Of a stretch of 64,000 nucleotides of DNA, positions 15,883 to 26,040 are shown piece by piece. Numbering within the stretch: position 1 is the stretch's first letter; each line of letters opens with the position of its first letter. The notes under the pieces are model-generated. The model did no database searches and was not told the origin of the DNA. It was given only the letters and a program-made list of their open reading frames with translations. A program made the translations under genes and the position numbers. This DNA is from an uncultured delta proteobacterium (GTDB lineage: Bacteria > Myxococcota > Myxococcia > Myxococcales > Anaeromyxobacteraceae): contig CAWHDZ010000034.1 of assembly GCA_963828255.1 (NCBI GenBank), positions 124,862 through 188,861 of the forward strand. The letters run 5' to 3'.

Positions 15883-17168
15883 TTGGCCCCTCCGGGCGTC
15901 ATGTCGGCGAGCAGCATCCAGACCTTCACCCGGGCCCATGCGTGGGCGGACTGCGCGCGGGTGAGCTTCTGCCGGGCCGCGGCCCAGACCCGGCGGGCCA
16001 CCAGGACCTCGAGGACGGTGGTCTCCCCGGCGCGCATCGAGGCCTCGCGGGCCTGGGCGTTGAGCTGCGCGGCCGGCAGGAGCTCCGTCTCGACGGCGGC
16101 GAGCAGCTCGCCGGTGTGCTCCACCTCGTGGAGCGAGCGGGCCAGCTCGGTGGCGGCGACGGCGCGGGCCTGCTGGAACTCGCCCTCTGCGCGGGCGGCG
16201 GCCGCGGCCACGGGAGCGGCCTCGCGCTCGCCGCGGTCGAAGAGCGGGAAGGAGACCTCGAGCACGGCCTGCGCGCCCCAGGTGCCCAGGTAGTCGCGGG
16301 TGCCCTTCACGCCGGTGCCGATCCCCCAGCCCTTCGCGGAGCGGAACTCGGCCTCGCGGGCGCGGTCGGCGTCGGCGGCGAGCTTCCGTGCGGCGACTGC
16401 GGGGAGCTTCCCGGCGGCCTCCAGGACCGACGGCCAGTCAGTGCGCCTGGGCGACGGCGGCGCGGGGAGCGGGCCCGCGGCGATGGGCGGCCTCTCCGCC
16501 TCCTGCCCCATGGCGACGGCCAGCTGGTAGCCGCGCTCGACCACCTCGCCCTCGGCGGAGATGGCGAGGACGTGGGCTTCGGCGGCGTAGGTCGCGGCGT
16601 CGGCGGCCTCGGCGCGGGTGTAGGCGGCGGCCGCGGCGGCGCGGGCCATCTTGGCGGAGAAGTCGCGGGCCAGCTCGTACTCCTGCATGGCGTCGGCGAG
16701 GGACCGCTGCGCGGCCCAGGCGTCGAGCCAGGCCTGTGCGGCGCCGAGCTTGTGGGAGAGCGCAGCGGCGCGGGCCTCGGCGGTGAGCTGGTCGCCCTCG
16801 GCGCGGATGGAGGCCTTTCGGTCGCCCGGCAGGCCGGAGAGGTTCCAGCCCTGCAGCAGGGTCGCCTCCCCCATGTACTTCCACTGATCGTCGAGCGGAT
16901 CCTTGGCGGCGCCGGGCTGGACGTTGAGCGTGGGGTTCGCGACGAGTGACGAGACCGAGTCGCCAACCCTGCGCTGCTCGGCGGCGGCGGCCTCGGCTCC
17001 GGCGACGGCCGGGGCCCGGGAGGCGAGGCCGATGGCCTCGTCGAAGGTGACCGGGGCGCCCGCCTCGGCCGGGAGGACCTGGGCGGTGAGCTGGGCGTCC
17101 GGCTTCGGGGCGGGGGGTGCAGGCGGGGCCAGGATGGCGAGCCCGAGGAGGAGTGCGGGAATGTGCAT
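15879..17168 (-). CDS. TolC/CzcC outer-membrane efflux protein
   Basis: Signal peptide, SFPLFDRG, GETTVLEVL; first gene of the RND operon. Confidence 0.82.
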   Translation of the reverse strand: MHIPALLLGLAILAPPAPPAPKPDAQLTAQVLPAEAGAPVTFDEAIGLASRAPAVAGAEAAAAEQRRVGDSVSSLVANPTLNVQPGAAKDPLDDQWKYMGEATLLQGWNLSGLPGDRKASIRAEGDQLTAEARAAALSHKLGAAQAWLDAWAAQRSLADAMQEYELARDFSAKMARAAAAAAYTRAEAADAATYAAEAHVLAISAEGEVVERGYQLAVAMGQEAERPPIAAGPLPAPPSPRRTDWPSVLEAAGKLPAVAARKLAADADRAREAEFRSAKGWGIGTGVKGTRDYLGTWGAQAVLEVSFPLFDRGEREAAPVAAAAARAEGEFQQARAVAATELARSLHEVEHTGELLAAVETELLPAAQLNAQAREASMRAGETTVLEVLVARRVWAAARQKLTRAQSAHAWARVKVWMLLADMTPGGAK

Positions 17169-17398
17169 GGCGATCGGTCGAGCCTAGCATCCGGGGGCGG
17201 CCTGACGCAGGCGGCCGTTGGGGCGGGGGCGGCGCGAGCGATAGCACGCATCTGGCTGAGATCGCGCTCATACTTGGAGCTGTCCGGTCGTGTATCCGGG
17301 GGTCACGGGGGAAACGCTTGATCCGGAAGGGCATCGTGCCTTACAAGGGCGGTCCCCGGGCCGGGTCCGGCCGGGGAGTGGTATGCGGAAGAGGCTCG

Positions 17399-17488
17399 GG
17401 AGGAGTGGCCGAGCGGCCTAAGGCGGCGGTCTTGAAAACCGCTGAGGGGGTAACCCCTCCGAAGGTTCGAATCCTTCCTCCTCCGCCA
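17399..17488 (+). tRNA. tRNA-Ser (TGA)
   Basis: GGAGGAG/CTCCTCC acceptor stem, anticodon arm GCGGT-CTTGAAA-ACCGC, long variable arm, GGTTCGAATCC, CCA end. Confidence 0.97.
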
Positions 17489-17516
17489 GCGAGACAGAGA
17501 TCACCGGGAGGATTCT

Positions 17517-17608
17517 GGAGAGGTGGCCGAGAGGCCGAAGGCGCTGGTTTGCTAAACCAGTATACGGGGTGACCTGTATCGAGGGTTCGAATCCCTCCCT
17601 CTCCGCCA
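17517..17608 (+). tRNA. tRNA-Ser (GCT)
   Basis: Anticodon arm CTGGT-TTGCTAA-ACCAG, long variable arm, GGTTCGAATCC, CCA end. Confidence 0.97.
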
Positions 17609-17651
17609 GTACGGCGGGACAGAAGTGGGAAGAGGTAGAAGGCGAGAGATT

Positions 17652-17728
17652 GCGCCCTTAGCTCAGTTGGATAGAGCGTCGGACTACGAATCCGAAGGCC
17701 AGAGGTTCAAATCCTCTAGGGCGCGCCA
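17652..17728 (+). tRNA. tRNA-Arg (ACG); probable integration site
   Basis: Anticodon arm TCGGA-CTACGAA-TCCGA, GGTTCAAATCC, CCA end. Confidence 0.97.
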
Positions 17729-17736
17729 GAAAAGAA

Positions 17737-17772
17737 GAGGCCCCATCAGTGTTTAGCTGGTGGGGCCTTTTC
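17737..17772 (+). terminator. Rho-independent terminator after the tRNA cluster
   Basis: Stem AGGCCCCATCAG / CTGGTGGGGCCT followed by a T run, with an A-rich flank upstream. Confidence 0.75.
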
Positions 17773-17933
17773 GTTGGCATCACCGACAGTGGAGTCATCA
17801 GCAAAACGTCAGCAAACGGTCGCCCCGGTTGCAGGACTTCCATCAAGAGAGGCGGCTACGCAGGCCCCGATGCTGGCCGTGGACATCCGCCAATCGTTCT
17901 GATGTCCTCGGCGGCAAGGCTCGGAGGGGACCA

Positions 17934-18143
17934 ATGGCCACGTACCGGGAGATCGCCGATCTCACACGCCAGATGTGTGGTCGGACCGTCAAGACCTGCT
18001 GGATCGCGCACGTGAAGTCGGACTTCGGGCTGATCACTCGCGAGGCCCCGAATCGAATAAGTCCAACCGCCCGGGTGCACCCGTGCCCTGACGACGTGAG
18101 ACCGGCAATCATCGCGGCCATGCGCCGTCTGGGCGAGATTTAG
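17934..18143 (+). CDS. Small hypothetical protein (ATY.EI...KTCWIAHVK...CP type)
   Basis: GGAGGGG RBS; resembles the short helical domain seen at C-termini of some RumA-like methyltransferases and as stand-alone ORFs. Confidence 0.65.
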   Translation: MATYREIADLTRQMCGRTVKTCWIAHVKSDFGLITREAPNRISPTARVHPCPDDVRPAIIAAMRRLGEI

Positions 18144-18150
18144 CGGCCTT

Positions 18151-18339
18151 TCAGGCAGCTTCGGCTGTGCGGTGCCCGTTCGTGGCTCCCTTGCCATGGA
18201 TGAGTTGGCCCAGATCATCCTCTGAGACTCGAATCGCGTTACCGACTCTGGAGTGCGCAAGGTCGTTTTTGGCGCAAAGCCGATAGACCGTCGCCGGACA
18301 CACGCCCAGGCGATGGGCGACTTCACGAACGGAGAGCAT
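18151..18339 (-). CDS. HTH_17/excisionase-like DNA-binding protein
   Basis: LSVREVAHRLGVCPATVYRLC...RVGNAIRV; overlaps the integrase stop. Confidence 0.8.
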   Translation of the reverse strand: MLSVREVAHRLGVCPATVYRLCAKNDLAHSRVGNAIRVSEDDLGQLIHGKGATNGHRTAEAA

Positions 18340-19645
18340 CGTCCCCGCCGCACGCTTGATGTCTCGCCCTGCCCCGTGGTCCCGGGGGCTCGGATCCTTC
18401 GTGCCCCTGGTTCTCCGGCTCCGCTGAACCAGGGCTTGGGTCGCCTCTCATGTCCTTGGGTGCGGCGTCGGTAGCCTTCTGGGGAGCGATTGTGTTGACC
18501 GCGTCGCGCAAGTCTTCGACAACAAGGTGCCCGTACGTGTCCGCTGTCAGGCGAACGTCGCTGTGCCGCAGGATGCGCTGAACCCTCACAACATCGACAC
18601 CTGATCTCAGGAGGAGAGTTGCCGTTGTGTGGCGGAGATCGTGGAAGCGCATCTTCCGGGGGAGCGGCCTCACCCAGAGCAGCATCTGACACTGAGGGCA
18701 TCTGCGCCGCTCGCTGTCTGGATGACGCTCGACGTGCTTCGTTCCCCTGCCCTTGCACCTCCGGCATGAGTGCTCATACCCATCAACAAGCCCAGCCCAT
18801 CCAAGTGTTCGCCGCAGGACCATCAGAGCGTTGCAGCCCTCCGAACGCATCCCTCCTGACTCGTTGGGGAAGACCAGATCAGAGGCTGAGGCGTCCATGG
18901 CCTCCTTTAGGTACGGGAGCAGCGGTTCGGCGATGGGAATCACATCGGCGTGCCCGCCCTTGGTCGTGTCGCTGTCGTAGGATCGGGCCACGGTGATGGA
19001 CTGATTGCGAAGATCCACGTCGCTCTTCCTCAAGCCAAAGATCTCGCCCTTACGCAGCCCAGCGTAGATGGCCACGGCGAAGATCCCCCGCCACTCTGGC
19101 GTCGCGGCGGCGAGGAGCGGACCGACCTCCTCAGCTTGCAGCGTGGCATAGGCGCGCTTGGGGACCCGGCGACTTTCCGTGTTGTCGAGGGGGTTAGCCA
19201 GAGGCCACAAACCCGCCTTCGCCGCCTTGGCGAAGATGCCGTGGAGTACCCGGCGAAGACCGTTGACTGTGGCGGGAGCAGCCCCTTCACGCTCCATGGC
19301 GATGAAGCGGTCCTCGAAGAGCGCGCCCGTCCGGGCGTTGAGCGGGGCGTTTCCCACGGGCTGTCTGATGATGTGCTTGCTAAGCCGACTGGTCTCTCTG
19401 CTCTTGCTCTTCGCTTGGCACCGGTTGGCAAGCCACCACTCACAGAGCGATGCAACGGTTGCACCGCTCTGCACGGGCATGGGCTCCTCGCCAAGGCGCT
19501 GGCGACGCGCCTTTGACTCCCATTCGTGGGCAAGGCGTTCGGCTTCGGGCTTGTTGCGAGCCGTCGATGGCTTGTCGCGCCATGCGCCATTCTCGTCGCG
19601 TACGCGCATGTACCATCGGTTGTTCTTCCGGTAGACCGAGGCCAT
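18323..19645 (-). CDS. int: Tyrosine recombinase/phage integrase
   Basis: AGLRKGEI (R), TKGG (K), FHDLRHT (HxxR), ILRHSD, TADTYGH (Y); N-terminal arm-binding-like MASVYRKNNRWY. Confidence 0.93.
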   Translation of the reverse strand: MASVYRKNNRWYMRVRDENGAWRDKPSTARNKPEAERLAHEWESKARRQRLGEEPMPVQSGATVASLCEWWLANRCQAKSKSRETSRLSKHIIRQPVGNAPLNARTGALFEDRFIAMEREGAAPATVNGLRRVLHGIFAKAAKAGLWPLANPLDNTESRRVPKRAYATLQAEEVGPLLAAATPEWRGIFAVAIYAGLRKGEIFGLRKSDVDLRNQSITVARSYDSDTTKGGHADVIPIAEPLLPYLKEAMDASASDLVFPNESGGMRSEGCNALMVLRRTLGWAGLVDGYEHSCRRCKGRGTKHVERHPDSERRRCPQCQMLLWVRPLPRKMRFHDLRHTTATLLLRSGVDVVRVQRILRHSDVRLTADTYGHLVVEDLRDAVNTIAPQKATDAAPKDMRGDPSPGSAEPENQGHEGSEPPGPRGRARHQACGGDDALRS

Positions 19646-19646
19646 G

Positions 19647-19913
19647 TCATGCCACCGCCCTTCCCGCACCCCTCGATACCAACGGTATGGAACCTCGCTG
19701 CGAGAGAGCCCACTCCTGCAACTCGGCTGGTACGAAGCGGAGCTTGCTGCCGATGTACACTCGCGGGAGACGGGCTGCCGCAGCCGCATGGTAGACCCAA
19801 CTCACGCTCATCCCCGTGTACTGGGCCGCCTGCCGAACATCCCACAGCGCCTCTGGACTGCTGTCCTTCGTTCCCTTCATTCGGGAGTTGGCGGTCTGCG
19901 TAATAGAAGCCAT
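19647..19913 (-). CDS. HTH_17/AlpA-like excisionase (start uncertain)
   Basis: LWDVRQAAQYTGMSVSWVY...LPRVYIGSKLRF; directly upstream of int. Confidence 0.8.
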   Translation of the reverse strand: MASITQTANSRMKGTKDSSPEALWDVRQAAQYTGMSVSWVYHAAAAARLPRVYIGSKLRFVPAELQEWALSQRGSIPLVSRGAGRAVA

Positions 19914-20126
19914 TCCCGGGTTTGTTCTTCCGTCCATCTTCAAATCACTCGTTTCCTTGTCCTACATGCACCTCCTCGGGAGAGGTGGATCACCGTGACC
20001 AACAAGCTTGGTCTGCATCTAGGTATAGCCATAGGTTTGTAAGGCTTGCCTTGGGGCGCGTTATCCCAGTCCGGCTTAACTTCCCAAGCGGATGGCCCCT
20101 GCCTGAGCCGCTACAAACCAGTCCCG

Positions 20127-20720
20127 CTATTTTTCCCGGGCCAAAGCGCGAGCGACCGTGGACCTGGGGATTTTGGCGGCCACCGCGATCTCCCGGATGC
20201 TGCGACCCTGCTTCCGAAGGCCCCTGAGCCGAACGAGGTCGGGTTCTGACAGACGTAGAGGTCGCCCCCACCTGCCCCCGGCGGCCTCGATGCGCGTCCT
20301 CGCGGCAGCAATCCTGTCGTTGATGGCTGCCCTTTCCAGGCGCGCAGCAAGAGCGAGGGCGAAGATCAGGGTTTCCGAAACGATGTCGTCAGGGCCGGGG
20401 CGGATGGTGAGGTTGTCGGCCACCGCCACCAGGGCACAGCCAGCCTTCCGAAACTCATCCAGAACCCTGTAGGTATCGGAAACGCCGCTACGGGTCAGCC
20501 GGTCGAGCTTGAAGACGTAGATCTTGGAGACAAGGCCGTCCCGGACCTGGGCGCGGAGCTTGTCGAGAACAGGGCGGGCCAGCTTGCCACCCGACACCTT
20601 CTCCGAGTGCCAATCAGCGATCACTTCTCCACGCTCCTTGGCGGCACGCTTGATGGCGGATTCTTGGAGCCCAAGGTCCTGGCCCTTCGAGCTAACCCGT
20701 ATGTACGCGACGGTCTTCAA
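20127..20720 (-). CDS. Serine recombinase (resolvase/invertase) with C-terminal HTH
   Basis: AYIRVSS..Q, KLDRLTRS, GRP, SIREIA...STVAR. Confidence 0.9.
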   Translation of the reverse strand: MKTVAYIRVSSKGQDLGLQESAIKRAAKERGEVIADWHSEKVSGGKLARPVLDKLRAQVRDGLVSKIYVFKLDRLTRSGVSDTYRVLDEFRKAGCALVAVADNLTIRPGPDDIVSETLIFALALAARLERAAINDRIAAARTRIEAAGGRWGRPLRLSEPDLVRLRGLRKQGRSIREIAVAAKIPRSTVARALAREK

Positions 20721-20734
20721 GGCCGGTCCTGGTG

Positions 20735-21067
20735 TTACGCGCCCGCCGCGTCCTCGGGGTCCATGAGGAACGGCTCACCAAGGTGGATGCCCAACGTGAG
20801 GAGGATGTCTCGCAGGTCGGTGAGCGAGAGGGCGTCGAGGTCAACGTTGTCGAGAGCCGGTGCTCCGTGCTGGATGCCAACGGCACTGGCGAAGGCGTCG
20901 GCCTGCTCACTGGCGTCGGCGTGGGACTCCGCCTGGATGGGTTGCTTGTGGCAGTAGATCATCACCTCGGGTTCCGCGTAGGCGACTCCGACGACGACGA
21001 GGAACGCCATCGGGGTCGCATGGGAGGTAGCCGCTGCTTCGGCTGCTGCTGTGGGTTCGGTGGTCAT
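20735..21067 (-). CDS. Hypothetical protein
   Basis: 110-aa ORF in tandem with neighbouring genes. Confidence 0.5.
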   Translation of the reverse strand: MTTEPTAAAEAAATSHATPMAFLVVVGVAYAEPEVMIYCHKQPIQAESHADASEQADAFASAVGIQHGAPALDNVDLDALSLTDLRDILLTLGIHLGEPFLMDPEDAAGA

Positions 21068-21117
21068 GGGTAGAAGATTGGCGTTGGGCTCGTATGCCTC
21101 AGTGGTGGGCGGTTGGA

Positions 21118-21747
21118 CTACGCCTGGGCCGACACCGCCGTGTCGAAGAAGGGAATCGAGCAGGGCGTGCAGGCTTCCGCCTCGGCATCCGCCCTGACCG
21201 CCGTCTCGATGTCACCAACCTCCCGGGCGATGGCCGCCTTGAGATTCCAGGCCGCCTGATTCGTCGGGGAGAGCGTGAGCACGGCATCGACAACGGCGAG
21301 AGCGCGGGTGTGCTTGCCGGTGGCGTTCAGGTGAGCCGCGAGGGCGAGGTGACATGCCTCGTCGGCCCCGGTGGCCTTGACCAGAAGCTTGTGCAGGACG
21401 GGCGTACCTTCATCATCGAGATCTCGATCAGGAGCCGTCAGGGCAGTGCGAGCCCTGTCCACGATGATGTCCATCGAGCGAGCCACGTTGCCGTCGAGGG
21501 GGTCCAGTGCGGCGGCAGCCATGATGTGGCGCAGCGCGGCCTCGAAGTCGCTGGCGTAGTCTGCGAGGATCGCCCGGTGCCAAAGCAGGTGGGAGCTTTC
21601 GACCCCCATGCGCTTGGCGTAGTCCGCGATGTTCTCGGCAAGGTCGCGGGCCTCTTGGAGCTTGCCCTCGCCGTACAGGGCGGGGCAGCGAGCAAGGTCG
21701 GCAAGGACCCTCTTTCGGTTCACTTCGGTGAGTCTGGACTTGGACAT
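21118..21747 (-). CDS. TPR-like helical repeat protein
   Basis: GGAG RBS; repeats such as AAALDPLD and LTLSPTNQAAWNLKA. Confidence 0.6.
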   Translation of the reverse strand: MSKSRLTEVNRKRVLADLARCPALYGEGKLQEARDLAENIADYAKRMGVESSHLLWHRAILADYASDFEAALRHIMAAAALDPLDGNVARSMDIIVDRARTALTAPDRDLDDEGTPVLHKLLVKATGADEACHLALAAHLNATGKHTRALAVVDAVLTLSPTNQAAWNLKAAIAREVGDIETAVRADAEAEACTPCSIPFFDTAVSAQA

Positions 21748-22111
21748 GGTTCTCCCTCTGCACGGCCCAAAGGCGGCGCGAGTAGTTAGGTGTGATTGTG
21801 GAGCGATTGGGGCGAAATAGGCCCCGAACGTTCACAGGATATAGCACATTCGGGGCGGATCGTCAATCCGTGGCGTAACCGTGCTCAATCATGGGGCACT
21901 CCTGGGAAACCCTCGATCCTGTACGACGCCCCCCCCCGGTGATGCCGAGCGCGCCAGACGGCCCCGTCCAACACCCTCTGGAATGGGCCTGGGACGCCTG
22001 CATGTGACCTATGGGCCACGCACTGGCCATGGGCTGGCAGGAAGGGCGGGCCGGAGTTTGGCTCTCGCCCACAACCCACGCTCGGCTTTCAAGCCAGTCT
22101 CTCTAATCCTC

Positions 22112-22430
22112 GTGTGTCCCGTGTCTGGCCGGGACTACTGAAAGAGCAAGACCCTCTACCCCAGGCACCCCCAAACTTGTTTGGGGTGCCGGGGGGTATG
22201 AGACACGGAATCACGGTGAACCCCTGGGTCAGTGCCTTCCTTCCTCCACTTCCCGTGTTCATTCTCCTTCTCCCTAGGGGTCCAGACACGGGACACGGGA
22301 ACACGGAATGGCTGTCCTTATTGTGGTTCCCCGTGCCTGGCGGAGCGAACACGGGAGGACACGGCAGACACGGGAATCTCACGGTTCAACTACAAGCCAG
22401 TCCCGCGTAAACCCGCCAACCACCCACGGT
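22112..22430. repeat. Cluster of short (GA/AA)CACGG(G) repeats in both orientations; putative replication origin
   Basis: About a dozen CACGG/CCGTG cores, e.g. GACACGGGACACGGGAACACGG at 22285, in a non-coding gap upstream of the primase gene. Confidence 0.6.
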
Positions 22431-22598
22431 GGGAGCACCCGCCCGACCATTGGGTGCCTAACGCTATATTCAGAGAGGGAGCAATCAGGACACTCCGGTT
22501 CCGGTCCTTGTGCAACCGGCAACCTAATCTTGAGATTGGGGAAGCCAATCTCGGCTTCCGCTAGCCCAGGATGGCAGCAACCGCTCGAAAGGAGTCCC

Positions 22599-23003
22599 AT
22601 GAAGTCAAGACACGCTGGCTTCCGCATCGATACACACGACCACCATGTCCTCGGCGTTGGTGAAGCCGCAGAGGGACGCATCGCTGGCGTCGCGTTCTCA
22701 TGCGGACAGCGGGGCAAGTACAACCTCGTCCACCTCGACACCGAGGCGGGACCGTTCTCTTTCAGAGCAACCCGGGATGTCTGTGTAGCCGCTGATGCCG
22801 CACGGGATCTCAACCCCGACGCACAGGTTCGCTTCACGTTTGTCGGTGAAGAAGAGCAGTCCAATGGAACCCGAAAGCGCGTCTTCACCATGCGCTCCGT
22901 TCAGAAGAGCCCCTCATCCCTCGCAGCACCGGGTGGCGATGCCACCTCGAAAGGCAACCGTGACCTCCCATGTCCTCCAACCTCGATATCTCCACCGCCG
23001 TAG
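22599..23003 (+). CDS. Hypothetical protein, possible OB-fold ssDNA-binding protein
   Basis: AAAGGAG RBS; beta-rich body ending VRFTFVGEEEQSNGTRKRVF plus a disordered tail; precedes the primase. Confidence 0.5.
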   Translation: MKSRHAGFRIDTHDHHVLGVGEAAEGRIAGVAFSCGQRGKYNLVHLDTEAGPFSFRATRDVCVAADAARDLNPDAQVRFTFVGEEEQSNGTRKRVFTMRSVQKSPSSLAAPGGDATSKGNRDLPCPPTSISPPP

Positions 23004-25326
23004 CTTTCCCTCTCTCCCACTACAAGTCCCAGGCAAGAGCGTTTGTCGAAGCCCTCACCGGCTCGCCCGATACGGTGATGTCCTGGGCTGTCTTCGTGGA
23101 CGACGGTGGCGAACCCGGAGCCAACGCTCCGCAAGGTTCATGGCGATTCAACGGCTCACTGGACGAGTGCTGGAACCGGCTCGTAGCGTTCAACCACGCT
23201 GGCTTCGGAATCTACGCCGTAGTCAACGAGGGCGGCCACACGGACTGCCGAGATCACATCCCTGCGCGCCATCTTCGCTGACGACGACGACGGGGCACTC
23301 CATCCAGAGTCCCTCGCAGTCCCGCCGTCCATAGTCGTGGATTCCAAGAGAGGAGTGCATACCTACTGGCTCATGCAGCCTGGGCAGGACCTGTCGCTCC
23401 TCGTCCCGGCGACGAAGGCCATCGCCGCCAAGCTCGGCACGGATCCAAAGGTCGCCACGCTGTCCAGGGTCCTTCGGGTTCCTGGCTTCTACCACTTGAA
23501 GAATCGGGCCGACCCCTCCCTGGTCAAGCTCCTCTCGGTGAACGACCGTCGCTACACAGTTGCCGAGGTCTTGGCCGGTCTTGGCGCAGAAGCGCCGGTA
23601 CCGGGCCCGACGGACCAGGGCAGACATCAGCGACCTACCCACCGAGCTTGATGATGACACCCGCACCCAACTTGAAGCCTTGGGCATCGACCAGGACAGG
23701 GCCTTCGACCTTGCAAGGAGCTACTTGGAGAACACCCCGGGGGCCATCGAGGGTGAACGCGGCAACGACCACACTTTCTTCGTGGCGTGCTGGCTCATCG
23801 GCCACACCTTCACCCGTGAAGACGCCTGGAATCTCCTCTGCGAGTGGAACGAAACATGCGACCCACCGTGGAGGACCGACAGAGGCTACGGGTCAGAAAG
23901 CCTCCCAAGGCTTTTCGAGAGCGCGTTGGCGAGAAAGACACGGGAAGCTAACGACAAGTCGCCGTTCGCCGTGGCGCGCCTCGAACAGCAACGGGAGAAA
24001 TTAGCTGAGCGCGAGGCCGACCGGGCCGCCTCCGTCGCCATCGATCCCAAGGCCCAGGAGCGGTTCGAGGAGGCCCGGTTGCGAGCAGCGTCCAAGGCCC
24101 CAGCCAACGAACCGCTGCACCCTGAATCGAAGGCTGAAAGCACCAACCCACTTCTCGCACTGATGCGTGGCTTCACGGCAGAGGAGCTTTTCGCTGACCC
24201 GCCGCCAATCAGGTGGATTCTCCACCGCTACATCCCTGCTGAGCCTGGGCGAATGGGGATCTTGACCGGGCGTGGGGGGCTTGGAAAGACGACTCTAGTC
24301 CTGTCGTTCCTCCTACACCGTGCCTTGGGCCTCCCCTTCCTTGGCGTGAAGACTACCCCGGGGAAGTCGGTGTTCGTCACGCTCGAAGAGAACAGGGTCC
24401 AGCTACAGCGACGCATGCACGCCTTGGTATTGGCCCTACAGGAGGACGGCGCGGAGATCGACACCAAGGCGGTCGAGGAGAACCTTCTCCTTCTGCCGGT
24501 GTCGAAAGCGCAGTGGTCCCTCATCGACGCCGGGGCCAAAGCGTCCCATGGAGCGCCTAGCCAAGAGGCCATCAAGGACTTGGCGGAAGCCATCCGAGAA
24601 AAGGCCCAGGGATGTGACTTCGTGGTCTTTGAAACCGTCGCCCGCATGACCGGCGACGAGTCCAACGAGGGGTACTCCGTCCTCGTTGAAGCCGTGGAGT
24701 CCGTCCTTGCCACCGTTGAAGCGTCGGGCCTCGTCATCCACCACCCGACAAAGGCGGGAGCGAAGAAGAACGAGGGAGGCATCCTCTCCGGGAGAGGCGG
24801 CTCGACTCTTGAGAACGCCGCCCGCTACGCCCTGGTGATGGTCGGGAAGGACGACGAGGCAGCCAAGGCGGCGGAAATGCTTCATCGCACACGCCCAGTG
24901 GACACCATCCAGCTTGCCAAGGCGTTCGGGGAGTCCATGCCCCCGCTCTACGCTCAGGGCTTCAAGGTCTACAAGGAGGGCAACCAGGAAGCCGTCGGTC
25001 TTGCGTTCCGGCTTGCCGACAAGGCCCAGGCCGACCGAGCCTCCATCGACAGCGCAAAGGTCGATGCCTTAGTGGATGCCGTCCGAGCCATCGAGGCCGA
25101 CGGTGGGAGGGCAAACCTTTCGTCGTTGAAGAAGTCCGACTACCGCCCAGATCGGGTCACCAAGGACGAGGTTCTAAGCCTCATCGAGAAGGCCCTCGCC
25201 GCCGGGAAGATCGTCCAAGTGGGAGTGACCCCTGGTGGCGGCAACCGTCCCGACGCCCCCTACTACGGCTTGCCCCCAGCGACACAGTGCAGCCCAGGTT
25301 CCGACTTGGTGCCGGGGCAGACCTAA
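22970..25326 (+). pseudogene. RepB-like primase + helical domain + AAA_25/RecA-like helicase, split by two +1 frameshifts
   Basis: GIYAVVNE..[shift at ~23246]..RAIFADDD, SKRGVHTYW, SRVLRVPG..[shift at ~23600]..GERGNDHTF, GRGGLGKT, VIHH, GRGGS. Confidence 0.78.
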
Positions 25327-25336
25327 TCTTCTCTGT

Positions 25337-25746
25337 ATGGAACCGAAGACCAAGATCTCGGGCGCGGAGAAATCCGACCATCGCCCGGGGATGGACGAAG
25401 TCCGGCCTGACGATGAGCAGCTACGCTCGGATGCACGGGATCTCGGAGCGCACCCTAAGAAACTGGCGGGCGATCTACGCTCCTGCCAGCCCGGTCAGCG
25501 AGGCTCGCAGAACCGTCGAGAAGGCCATCGGCCAGCTACAAGCCGTGCTCGATGGCATGCCGCTCGACCCGGAGCCGGAAGGCTGCCTCCCCGGCCCAGC
25601 AGCAGGTCCGGGACCAGGAGCGAGGCGGTACCGCCTCGATACCGCCTGCCGTAGTCCCTCCGCCAGTCGCAGGCCCGAAGGTTCAGACGGGGGCCGCTCC
25701 TCTGCCGCCACCGGAACCGGCCAGGGCCACCTTTAGCTGGGACTGA
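25337..25746 (+). pseudogene. Small HTH protein (SGLTMSSYARMHGISERTLRNW), apparently frameshifted
   Basis: ATG at 25337 joins the HTH frame after removing one base at ~25376. Confidence 0.5.
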
Positions 25747-25986
25747 GTTGGGGCGGCGGAGCAGAAGAAAGGCTAGCGCGCATTCCTGGGTGAGTGACGC
25801 GCAGGGCGGGAGTTTGCCTCCGGTTGATTCGGGAGCCAGGTGTCCGACCCGGGCAAGCCATCAAGGCGCTCTTGCTATACCTCTAAAGATAGTCAGAGCA
25901 ACCAACACGCAGCCTCTACCGACCCCGTAATTCGCGGAACGTCAATGTGTGCTGGGGGACGACATAGCTTTGCCCGTGGACCACTG

Positions 25987-26040
25987 GGAGGGGCGCGCAC
26001 TCCCTTGATAACGCGCTCGAAGGACGCCCGAGGAGGGCGA
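25987..26040 (+). repeat. 54-bp exact direct repeat, copy 1
   Basis: GGAGGGGCGCGCACTCCCTTGATAACGCGCTCGAAGGACGCCCGAGGAGGGCGA. Confidence 0.92.
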
